From positions 1 through 64,000 of IMG/VR virus record IMGVR_UViG_3300012984_000012: a stretch of 64,000 nucleotides of DNA. One strand, 5' to 3'. Under the pieces are notes generated by a model. The model had not been told where the DNA came from, did no database searches, and was given only the letters and a program-made list of their open reading frames with translations. Position 1 is the stretch's first letter. Each line of letters starts with the position of its first letter. The DNA is from a virus. Positions 46,353-54,169 of this stretch are shown in pieces. Position numbers and translations under genes: made by a program.

Positions 46353-47011
46353 TACGGTCTCAAAGTAACCCCAGCAGCCACCTTTGGTTTGGCGACCTTC
46401 TTTGGCTTCTTCACCAACGGTTGGATGGGACCACAGACGGTCGCAGCTCGGGCGATGACGTACGCGTCACAGGCGTCCCTGGACCACTCGACCTGCTTTC
46501 CATTCTTCTTGGTTGGCCACTGCACGTGTGACAGGTCATTAGCGACCATGTGTGCAAAGACCTGTTCTTTCTGAGGACCACCCACCGCGGTGCGTTGGAG
46601 CTTGATGCCACACAGCTTACGTGCGTGAGCTGAGCCGATGTACTCAGGATCGCACTTGAACACCATCCGCGTGACGTAACTGACGATCCCATTAAAACGC
46701 ATCAGAGTTGAGATAGTCTGAGCGCTTGACATGCCGGGACGAAATCCCATCAACGGTTCCTCAAGAACGACTCGAGTTGGACAGTAGAACCCATTCCTAG
46801 GTAACCTCTCATCATCGAACGAGTTCCTGATGACGTCTGCCATGTAATGGTACACGACGTCCGCCTTGTCCCACAGGGTCTTGCAACCCTTGAAATCGAT
46901 GTGATCAAGCAAGACGATGTGAGAACCCTTGGCATCGGGCTCGATCGCGTCATCAACGATGCAAACGCCGACGATACTTGTGCTCACGTCTAAACCCATC
47001 AAGAGAGGCAT
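46352..47011 (-). CDS. RuvC-like Holliday junction resolvase
   Basis: GLDVSTSIVG, VLEEP, KEQV and DACDAY. Confidence 0.8.
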   Translation of the reverse strand: MPLLMGLDVSTSIVGVCIVDDAIEPDAKGSHIVLLDHIDFKGCKTLWDKADVVYHYMADVIRNSFDDERLPRNGFYCPTRVVLEEPLMGFRPGMSSAQTISTLMRFNGIVSYVTRMVFKCDPEYIGSAHARKLCGIKLQRTAVGGPQKEQVFAHMVANDLSHVQWPTKKNGKQVEWSRDACDAYVIARAATVCGPIQPLVKKPKKVAKPKVAAGVTLRP

Positions 47012-47048
47012 GGTAATTATCAGCCCTCAGGATGGCCCTCGTAAAACC

Positions 47049-47465
47049 CTATTTCAGCAGACCAAGTAGCTTCAATTCGACCTCTGTGATCACTTCTAGG
47101 GCCACGCCGTGGGTCGAGCACCATTCCTGGGCGGCCTTGAGCTTCTTGACAACCTTCACCTGGCTCGCGCGCCTCTTGGGTTTGATCTCGACGAGAACCT
47201 TTCTGTCCGAGTATTCAACGAGGAAGTCTGGGAAGTAGTTACGTAGCTTCCCGGTCCGGAGGTTGCTGACGTACGGGATCTTGGTCTTTTCGTAAGAGTA
47301 CGTGACGACATCTACGTTCGCGTCCAACCATTGCATGTACGAGAGCTCCCACCCTGACCTGTACTTGCACTCACCCGCTTTTGGAGAGAGGTGCAGGCCC
47401 GTGTGATAGTGACGCTTACGCTTGCGACGTGTCTTACGTTTAGCCAAGCAGCTCGCCTTCAGCAA
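47049..47465 (-). CDS. Head-completion nuclease (T4 gp4 / TnsA-N-like)
   Basis: YRSGWE...WLD...YSYE...IPY...YFPDF...VEIKP...ITE. The start may be TTG at 47447. Confidence 0.8.
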   Translation of the reverse strand: MLKASCLAKRKTRRKRKRHYHTGLHLSPKAGECKYRSGWELSYMQWLDANVDVVTYSYEKTKIPYVSNLRTGKLRNYFPDFLVEYSDRKVLVEIKPKRRASQVKVVKKLKAAQEWCSTHGVALEVITEVELKLLGLLK

Positions 47466-47736
47466 ACATCCCAGCCGTCGACGGACCGTCAGAGAACCTC
47501 TTCGGGTTGCTGATCAGCTGGAAGCTGACGCCTTTTCCGAAGTCCTGTTCCGATGGCGCAGCGACCCACCTTAGGTCACCGTCAAAGACAAGGGCGCTGA
47601 CCTGCTTGTCAGCGACAAAACAAAGCGACCACATGCGTCTGTTCTCAGCACGTCCCAACAAGATGCCAGGGCACACCAAACGATTGGGGGGAAAGTTGAA
47701 GTAAGGTTGGTCAACAAAACGAACGCGAGCTCTCAT
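47440..47736 (-). CDS. Hypothetical protein
   Basis: GAGGA SD; fills the gap. Confidence 0.55.
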   Translation of the reverse strand: MRARVRFVDQPYFNFPPNRLVCPGILLGRAENRRMWSLCFVADKQVSALVFDGDLRWVAAPSEQDFGKGVSFQLISNPKRFSDGPSTAGMFAEGELLG

Positions 47737-47760
47737 GGGTCCTCATAGTGTGTCGTGAGA

Positions 47761-50343
47761 TCAAAAGTCATGTTTGATCTTGAACATTATGCGATCGCCA
47801 TGGCGTTTCATGATGGGTTGGGCGAGCTGCGTCTTCATGACGACGTTGTAATTGTCATCGTGGAAGTTCAAGGCGGTGATGTAAACGAACTCCTTCTCAG
47901 GATCGTTCGGGTACGGCGAAGGTGGCACCTTCATGAAGTTTGGGTTCGACGAAGAGTTGAGTTGGTTCGCTGCAGCCATCACGTCAATCGTCATGACATG
48001 GACGCTCTGGTCTCCCTTGAAGCTGATCTCGTAACCCTCCTTGCCAAAGAAGTAGAGATGCGGGCTCTTCAAGGCGATGATGCCTTCATCATAAAAGATC
48101 GTTCCGACAGAGTTCCATGTCGAGGCACTCGTCAGGCTGTCAGCTCTGTAGATCGTGCCTCGACCATCGTCCTTGAGGGTGACCTTAACAGCACCACCAG
48201 AACCGCTCAAGCTCGGATCTGTCAATTCAAGTGAGCCTGGCAGGATGCGCTTGCCATAGAACAGGTTGCTGATGTCAAAGAATGTTACCTGGTTCGATGA
48301 CGGATCGCGAGTGCGTTGGTACACCGTCAGGGGTGCGCCCATCTGGATGCCCGGATCGAACGTTCCTGATGCAACAGACTTATCGATGGTGTCGACGTAC
48401 TGGTTGAACGCTCGGCCGGGAGGCAGGCCAGGTTGCTCTGGCGTGAAACCTATCGACTCGTTAACGTACGACAGGTCGCCGTCAAAGTCTGATCCAAACA
48501 ACAACGATGATGACAGGACGAGCTCGTCCAAGTGAATGAAACTCAACTCTTCTAGGCCTAGGTCATCAACCGCGCTGGATTGTAAGCTCTCTGAGGCTAG
48601 CAATTCGAAACTGGGAACGAAAAGACCGTCGTCACACGGCATCAGGAACAGGTTCCGTCGACGAACAAAGGGTTGGTCGTATAGAAAATCGTTGGCCGAG
48701 CGGGCCTGCGTCGAGTTCATGATCGCCACACCTGTCATGTGATGCAGGCGTGGGAACACGTTTGAGGCAAAATCCCTCACAAAGTTCTCGATGTTGATGT
48801 AATGACCGGCTACGCCGAACGACATCGCTACGTTGAACGGGTCGCTAGTCGTCCCGTCGACCTCAAAGAAAGGCGTCTGTAGGATACCTCCTATGTCACC
48901 CACGAACTGTCTGAACGGTGACTCTTCGACGAAGAACGGTGGCAAATAGAACGCGATGTAATTGGGATCGATCGACTTTGGGCTGACAGACGACGATTGC
49001 TCGACGTCAAGGTCTGACATGTAATAGCGCTTGATCGCGAGATCGTGCACTTGAGCGTTCAACGGGTGATTGAATCCGTAGAAGATGGGCTCGTCCTGGG
49101 TGTCGTCCTCGATCATCTGATGAAGACCGTCGCGCAAGGCTGGGTTCGGAGCAAAGAAAAACGCTTGGGCGTCGAACCCGTTGTTTCTGCCTTCGTAGTA
49201 GTTGCCGACGCACAACACGTCTGGGTTGGCTCGAGTGGCGCTGACGAACAACCTCGGAGCGACCGTGCCTGATGGGACGACGAAGCTGCCTCGCTTGGCA
49301 CCGTCGACAATGAAAGAACCGGTTCCTTGGTCGATCTGATCCGTGCCCCACCTGACGATGACGTGGTGCCAGTTGTTCCATAACAACGAGTTGTCATCAG
49401 AAAGAAATGCTAGGTCAGCGGGGGCGTAACCCAACCTGGTGTTCAAGCCACCTGAATGATACGCTCTGTTCGGATCTAGCCCCACGTCTCCCGCTCGAGT
49501 TTGTCTGAGGACCGAAGGTGGGATGTCAGCGCTGTGGCTCAGCTGAAGCTGGATCCTAAACGCTAACGGGCGGCCGTTCTGATCTTTTGCTGAACCGGTG
49601 ACGAGCGAGACGGCATAGGTCGACGACAGGTGTAGGATCGTCCCTGCCTTAAAGGCGCCGTCAGGTCGATCGGGCTGGTACTTCGGATTGATGTAGAAAT
49701 CAAAGCTGACTGACCCACTTGGGGTATATGTTCCTGAGACGTAACCCTCGTGCTCGATGCCGCTATCGATGTTTGGGTACAGCATCACTGATGAGGTCGG
49801 CACCGTCGATGACGTGAAGAAGTTAAGGCAGTTGTAGTTGGTGTAAGCCCAATGGGCAGACGGATACGTCGTCCTGTAGTACGAAGATAGCTGGTCCTTG
49901 ACGACTAGCTTTCTCAACGTGTTTGACGTGAAATCGACCGAAGGCGTGAACCTGATGATGTTCAACAGCTTCTGCTTGCGCGCGGAGACGCCTTGTTGTG
50001 TCACCTTTGACATGTAGTCATCAAGCATGCCATTGAACGCGATGGTCGATGAAACGACAAAGTCTGACGTTGCGAGCAGGCCGGCGATGCCGACGCCATC
50101 AACGATCATCGCGTTACGGCCCATGTTCTGGACCGACCTGAGAGTCGTCGTCAGGTCCGTGTCGTTTGCTGTCGCGTCAATGAATGACGAGAGCGGTTCG
50201 GGTTCTTTCTCGATGCTAGACCGGCGAGCAAAGACGTACACAGAACCGGTCGCGCCAGCAGAGCTCGTGACAAAATGTCGTGACGGGTTGGTCACAACCG
50301 TGAATGACTCTACGTCCCCTGTTTCGACCTTAAAGAATGACAT
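47761..50343 (-). CDS. Putative baseplate/tail structural protein with LamG-like segment
   Basis: WHHVIVRW...VGNY LamG-like pattern; C-terminal GTIFYDEG...SSNP...YITALNFHDDN...LAQPI...KHDF shared with 52006..53235. Confidence 0.6.
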   Translation of the reverse strand: MSFFKVETGDVESFTVVTNPSRHFVTSSAGATGSVYVFARRSSIEKEPEPLSSFIDATANDTDLTTTLRSVQNMGRNAMIVDGVGIAGLLATSDFVVSSTIAFNGMLDDYMSKVTQQGVSARKQKLLNIIRFTPSVDFTSNTLRKLVVKDQLSSYYRTTYPSAHWAYTNYNCLNFFTSSTVPTSSVMLYPNIDSGIEHEGYVSGTYTPSGSVSFDFYINPKYQPDRPDGAFKAGTILHLSSTYAVSLVTGSAKDQNGRPLAFRIQLQLSHSADIPPSVLRQTRAGDVGLDPNRAYHSGGLNTRLGYAPADLAFLSDDNSLLWNNWHHVIVRWGTDQIDQGTGSFIVDGAKRGSFVVPSGTVAPRLFVSATRANPDVLCVGNYYEGRNNGFDAQAFFFAPNPALRDGLHQMIEDDTQDEPIFYGFNHPLNAQVHDLAIKRYYMSDLDVEQSSSVSPKSIDPNYIAFYLPPFFVEESPFRQFVGDIGGILQTPFFEVDGTTSDPFNVAMSFGVAGHYINIENFVRDFASNVFPRLHHMTGVAIMNSTQARSANDFLYDQPFVRRRNLFLMPCDDGLFVPSFELLASESLQSSAVDDLGLEELSFIHLDELVLSSSLLFGSDFDGDLSYVNESIGFTPEQPGLPPGRAFNQYVDTIDKSVASGTFDPGIQMGAPLTVYQRTRDPSSNQVTFFDISNLFYGKRILPGSLELTDPSLSGSGGAVKVTLKDDGRGTIYRADSLTSASTWNSVGTIFYDEGIIALKSPHLYFFGKEGYEISFKGDQSVHVMTIDVMAAANQLNSSSNPNFMKVPPSPYPNDPEKEFVYITALNFHDDNYNVVMKTQLAQPIMKRHGDRIMFKIKHDF

Positions 50344-50388
50344 CAGGCTCGTTCGTAACTATACGCCGTGGTGAAGGGGCCTGGCCAC

Positions 50389-50601
50389 CTATCTTTCGCC
50401 CTGGACGAAACTACCGCTGACAAGCCCATTGATCTCAAGCGTGAACCCAGGATGATCAGTGACCCATTGGGGCTGGTACTGATACGTCGGTTGAGGAGGT
50501 TTCCACCCAAACGTCAACGAGACCCTTGGACACGCACAGCGTCCACATATCGAACAACCTCCACGACACGTGGGACAGTTGATGCAATGGTGTGCTGACA
50601 T
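50389..50601 (-). CDS. Small Cys-rich hypothetical protein
   Basis: TGATG-coupled; CINCPTC...CSICGRCAC. Confidence 0.4.
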   Translation of the reverse strand: MSAHHCINCPTCRGGCSICGRCACPRVSLTFGWKPPQPTYQYQPQWVTDHPGFTLEINGLVSGSFVQGER

Positions 50602-50990
50602 CAGTGAGATACTAACGCAACGTGGGCGTTTTGTAACCTCTTGACCTTCGTCTTCATCTTCTCAACGTACTCCTCACGTTTGAAGAACATCGGACGAGAC
50701 CAAAAACCAACGTCTTTCGAGAGGTCCTGCGCCTGCTGAGCGAACCGGACCAGCGCAGGGGCCTTCGGGTTACGATTAGTTTGCATCCATTTTGCGATCG
50801 AGGCAGACTGGTCAGCTAGCTGCTTGAGCTTGTCAGCCGCTTCCTTGTCAACGTCTCCAGCTACCAGGCTGTCGACGAATTGCTCAGCTGCGTCAGCAGT
50901 CGCATCGACGATGCTCTGGGCACGTTGTTCAGGGGCTGGGGCGAGAGCCTCGACGAGGATGCGCTTGAGTTGGCCGACGGTGAGCTTCAT
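50601..50990 (-). CDS. Hypothetical protein with N-terminal MKLTVGQLKRILVE motif
   Basis: ATG 6 nt after TACTTA; carries the shared motif. Confidence 0.75.
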   Translation of the reverse strand: MKLTVGQLKRILVEALAPAPEQRAQSIVDATADAAEQFVDSLVAGDVDKEAADKLKQLADQSASIAKWMQTNRNPKAPALVRFAQQAQDLSKDVGFWSRPMFFKREEYVEKMKTKVKRLQNAHVALVSH

Positions 50991-51007
50991 GTTGGGTAAG
51001 TATCACT

Positions 51008-51955
51008 TCACACCAACTCATCTTCCGTGACAGTCAAGAAAGTAACGTGGTTCGTCTGACACCAGGCGACCGCAGCAGCCTGTTTAGCAACGTTGAGAGC
51101 TGTCTCGGTCAGCAATTTCGGCTTGACCTCGACGAGAAAGACACCTGACAGGCGGGTGACCAAGAAATCAGGCACGTAGTTGCGAACAGATCCTTCGAAC
51201 ACGTATGGGATGCGAAACGGCTCGTGTTCCCAAGACACGACATCCTCGCCCTCGTCTAACATCCGAGCGTAAGCGCTCTCGAACGATGACCTGAGATAGC
51301 ACGTGATGCCGCCATTCTTAACGCCAACGTAGTGCTCGCCTTTGAAACCAGTCGAAGGAGGTGACCACGAACCGCTCACCATCTTGTCAGCGACGATGAT
51401 CGAGATCTTTTCACCGAGGGCACGCAAACGAGAATCTGTTTTAGCAGTCAGTCCTCGTGACCAAGAAGGTCTGCCCAACATAGATCCTGGTTTGCCAAAC
51501 ATACCGTTGTTTTCACCGCTATTCGAACACTCATATCCACAAAATCGTTGATCTCGCTTGACAAACGAGACCGTGAACTCCTGCTTGCACCACTCACACG
51601 TCTTGGTGACATCAGGCTGTCTCGTCTGTCGCGTTGACAGGAAGCAGTCATACGAGCAGTACTTGGCGTCGTCCTTGTACGACTGCACCGCCTCATAGTC
51701 CTTGCCGCAGGCGAGACACTGCTTGGTGACACGTGTCGTCAGCGTCTTAGAGATCGCTGTCTTGGCACATTCCATCCCACAGGTCTTCTGGCCCCTGAAA
51801 CGATAGGCGACGGTGAACGTCTTGCTGCACGTTTCACACGTCAGGGTAACAGGATCGAAGCGTTTCGCGAAGCAATCGTGTGAACAGTACTTCTTGTCCT
51901 TCTTGTGTGACTTGAAGCTGATCCCACATTTTTGACAAGTGTAGTCATGCACCAT
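51008..51955 (-). CDS. Free-standing homing-type endonuclease (four CxxC...C zinc repeats + TnsA-like PD-(D/E)XK)
   Basis: Repeats of CxxC.K.F...(Y/F)CSxxC, GENNGMFGK, RSSFE...HEP...YVPDF...EVKP; start moved to ATG 51955. Confidence 0.8.
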   Translation of the reverse strand: MVHDYTCQKCGISFKSHKKDKKYCSHDCFAKRFDPVTLTCETCSKTFTVAYRFRGQKTCGMECAKTAISKTLTTRVTKQCLACGKDYEAVQSYKDDAKYCSYDCFLSTRQTRQPDVTKTCEWCKQEFTVSFVKRDQRFCGYECSNSGENNGMFGKPGSMLGRPSWSRGLTAKTDSRLRALGEKISIIVADKMVSGSWSPPSTGFKGEHYVGVKNGGITCYLRSSFESAYARMLDEGEDVVSWEHEPFRIPYVFEGSVRNYVPDFLVTRLSGVFLVEVKPKLLTETALNVAKQAAAVAWCQTNHVTFLTVTEDELV

Positions 51956-52005
51956 CAAGTAATGATACAACGCTTTGTTAAGATGTTTACCAGTAGAAAA
52001 TCGTC

Positions 52006-53235
52006 CTAGAAGTCTAACCTGACGCGGAACGTGAGGTCCCTCTCTGGTGACTTCTCCACGGGCCGAGACAGCTTCGCAACCGCGAGTAAGTTGTCGTTTG
52101 CGTCATACATGCCGACGCTGGTCACGAAGGTGAACGACTGTTGCGTGTCCTCCTGACCGATGTCGATGACCTGGATCCTGTTGTCAGTGTCCGTGTACGT
52201 TGGGTTCGACGAGTAGTTAAACTCGTCTGCCTGTGAGCGACAGAAGATCAGGGTGCTGTTGATGTTAGTGACGTTTTGGAACGTGATGGCTGTCTGTGAG
52301 CCCGATCCGAACCGACATGACGCGATGTGATCGATGATGTTGTCGATCGAGGCACTGGTCACGAAGTCCGGGATCATCACTGACGAGGTCTGGGTCTGGG
52401 TGCCTGGGCCGCCTAAGGTTATCCTTCCAAGCGGGTGCATGGCGTCGATCGTTCCCGACATGTACTGGCTCGCGCTGGTCACCTTCGACATGTCGAGGAT
52501 GACGATGCCACGATCGTAGAACATCAGGCCGACGTTACGTGCCGTGTTCGCTGAGTCGACGATGTTTCCGACCTGGCCACCGAACGACGTCAGTTTATTG
52601 GTCGCTGCTCCGATGTCCGTGTAGATAGCTGAGCCTGACGTCGAGGTGACGTAAAGATTTGGTGGTTGTAGCTGCGACTCAGCGGGAGCTGTGCCAGTAG
52701 CGTTGTAGTTGATCGACGCCGTCTGAAAGAACTTCATGGCAAACGTCTCTCGTTTGATCTGATCACGAGCAAAGAGACGCTTGAATGCGATGAACAGGCC
52801 CACGTCGATCTGGTCCGCGACGTCAGACGAGTCAAAGGGCGCCGTGAAGGCCTGCGTTGAATCTCCCAACAACGTGGCAGCGAACTGGCGATACACTTCC
52901 ATCTTCTCACGCATCATCAACGATGACGATGGAAACAGTTCCTTGCCTGCGGCATCAGTTCCCGTCTTGGTCACTGCAACAGTGTTACCATCTGGGAACA
53001 GGCCAACCGTCATGTCAAGGACAGGGTTAGCGGTCTGCAGCGTGAAATCCTGATCAAAGATCGTCTGGAACAACGAGCTCGTCACACCAGGACCGACACC
53101 TCCTGTCACGAAAACCTGGTACTTGCGACGGGAGACTGAACTGCTAACGTCTTCCTGGAGAACGTCTATAAGCTGATTCAGAAAACTCCTCGCTGTCTTA
53201 ATGTCCGACGGCAAAATTTCTTTGAAGATTGCGAT
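52006..53235 (-). CDS. Putative baseplate structural protein (start uncertain: ATC 53235 or ATG 53277)
   Basis: C-terminal FNYSSNPT...VTSVGMYDANDNLLAVAKLSRPV...RVRLDF, similar to tail/baseplate EIGLYD-type motifs. Confidence 0.65.
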   Translation of the reverse strand: MAIFKEILPSDIKTARSFLNQLIDVLQEDVSSSVSRRKYQVFVTGGVGPGVTSSLFQTIFDQDFTLQTANPVLDMTVGLFPDGNTVAVTKTGTDAAGKELFPSSSLMMREKMEVYRQFAATLLGDSTQAFTAPFDSSDVADQIDVGLFIAFKRLFARDQIKRETFAMKFFQTASINYNATGTAPAESQLQPPNLYVTSTSGSAIYTDIGAATNKLTSFGGQVGNIVDSANTARNVGLMFYDRGIVILDMSKVTSASQYMSGTIDAMHPLGRITLGGPGTQTQTSSVMIPDFVTSASIDNIIDHIASCRFGSGSQTAITFQNVTNINSTLIFCRSQADEFNYSSNPTYTDTDNRIQVIDIGQEDTQQSFTFVTSVGMYDANDNLLAVAKLSRPVEKSPERDLTFRVRLDF

Positions 53236-53239
53236 TTTT

Positions 53240-54133
53240 CTACCCTCCGAGTTTGACAACGATTCCGGAGTAATCATTACTCTTGTGGCTCGCCAGGAAC
53301 TCTTTATCAGTGATTCTAACTAACTTCTTACCTTGAGAAAGGAACCATTCGTCTTTTCTGCGATCAATATCGTACGAACTTTTTCCATTGGGATGCAACT
53401 GATCGTAAGGTTTGTCTAGACCGTGCCAAAACTCACCATCAAGTTCAACGTATACGTCAAGTGTTTTGACATAAGCGTCAATCAACCAAGGCTTTTTTCC
53501 GCCATGATCGATTTTTACTTGTTGATCAATGTTGTCATGACCGTAACGCAATCGTAACCACTCAAGCAACAGCATCTCTGGTTTTGAAATGATCCAAGAA
53601 CCAACTCGGCTTGCTGTCGTTCTGTATCCCTTTTGACCTGCTTCACTTAAATTCGTTCGATTCTCAGGCAACGCCAGAGGATCCTTACCGAAACGCTTTA
53701 TCACTGTCGCCTTTCTCTTTGCCTTCGGTCCGCGTGCTTTCAGCGGATGTTCTGCACCGTGACGCTCTATCATCGTTCGCTTGAACCTAGCATTCGATAA
53801 TGACGTTGGCATCGATGGAGAGCTGGCCCCTGTGGTAACCAACCTAGAAGCAATCATCTTCTCGCTTGCGCCGGCGACCTGCGATGAGAACTCGACGCCG
53901 TAACGAGCGAGCTTTGTTTGCTTCCACTGCTGTGCCAGTTTTCCGTTCGATCGACTCTTCTTGTTGCACGCTTTCGAACAAAACGTGAGCGCTCCGTTAG
54001 TTGAGTGAGCGAGCTTGTGACCATGCACGAACTCTTTTCCGCACTCATCACAGTTGAACACGTCACGACGGCGAACCTGTTGGGTGTTCCAACGCTTATG
54101 AAGATATGTCTCATCAATCGTCTTAACGAACAT
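53240..54133 (-). CDS. Free-standing homing-type endonuclease (zinc finger + Vsr/DUF559-like domain)
   Basis: CDEC...FCSKAC, repeated T...RYG/RHG/RFG units, SKPE...IDAY...ELDGEFWH...D.RKD...LVRI; start moved to ATG 54133. Confidence 0.8.
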   Translation of the reverse strand: MFVKTIDETYLHKRWNTQQVRRRDVFNCDECGKEFVHGHKLAHSTNGALTFCSKACNKKSRSNGKLAQQWKQTKLARYGVEFSSQVAGASEKMIASRLVTTGASSPSMPTSLSNARFKRTMIERHGAEHPLKARGPKAKRKATVIKRFGKDPLALPENRTNLSEAGQKGYRTTASRVGSWIISKPEMLLLEWLRLRYGHDNIDQQVKIDHGGKKPWLIDAYVKTLDVYVELDGEFWHGLDKPYDQLHPNGKSSYDIDRRKDEWFLSQGKKLVRITDKEFLASHKSNDYSGIVVKLGG

Positions 54134-54169
54134 CAAACAGAAGGTAACACTTCTTTGATGCATCGTAAA

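Larger units (their letters stand above)
3681..51002 (-). promoter_or_regulatory. Dispersed TANTTA motif (putative late promoter), 16 sites
   Basis: Minus-strand hexamers at 3681, 6807, 8938, 10181, 22382, 22687, 24725, 27592, 32418, 33303, 38690, 40734, 45350, 47014, 50356 and 50997 (lowest coordinate), each shortly upstream of a start codon. Confidence 0.75.

Noticed and set aside
47049-47465. Tn7-like transposon (TnsA-like domains)
   Set aside because: No TnsB/TnsC or transposon ends; better explained as a gp4-like head-completion protein and homing endonucleases.
51008-54163. Group I introns housing the endonucleases
   Set aside because: The ORFs abut complete flanking genes, leaving only tens of nucleotides and no room for an intron core.
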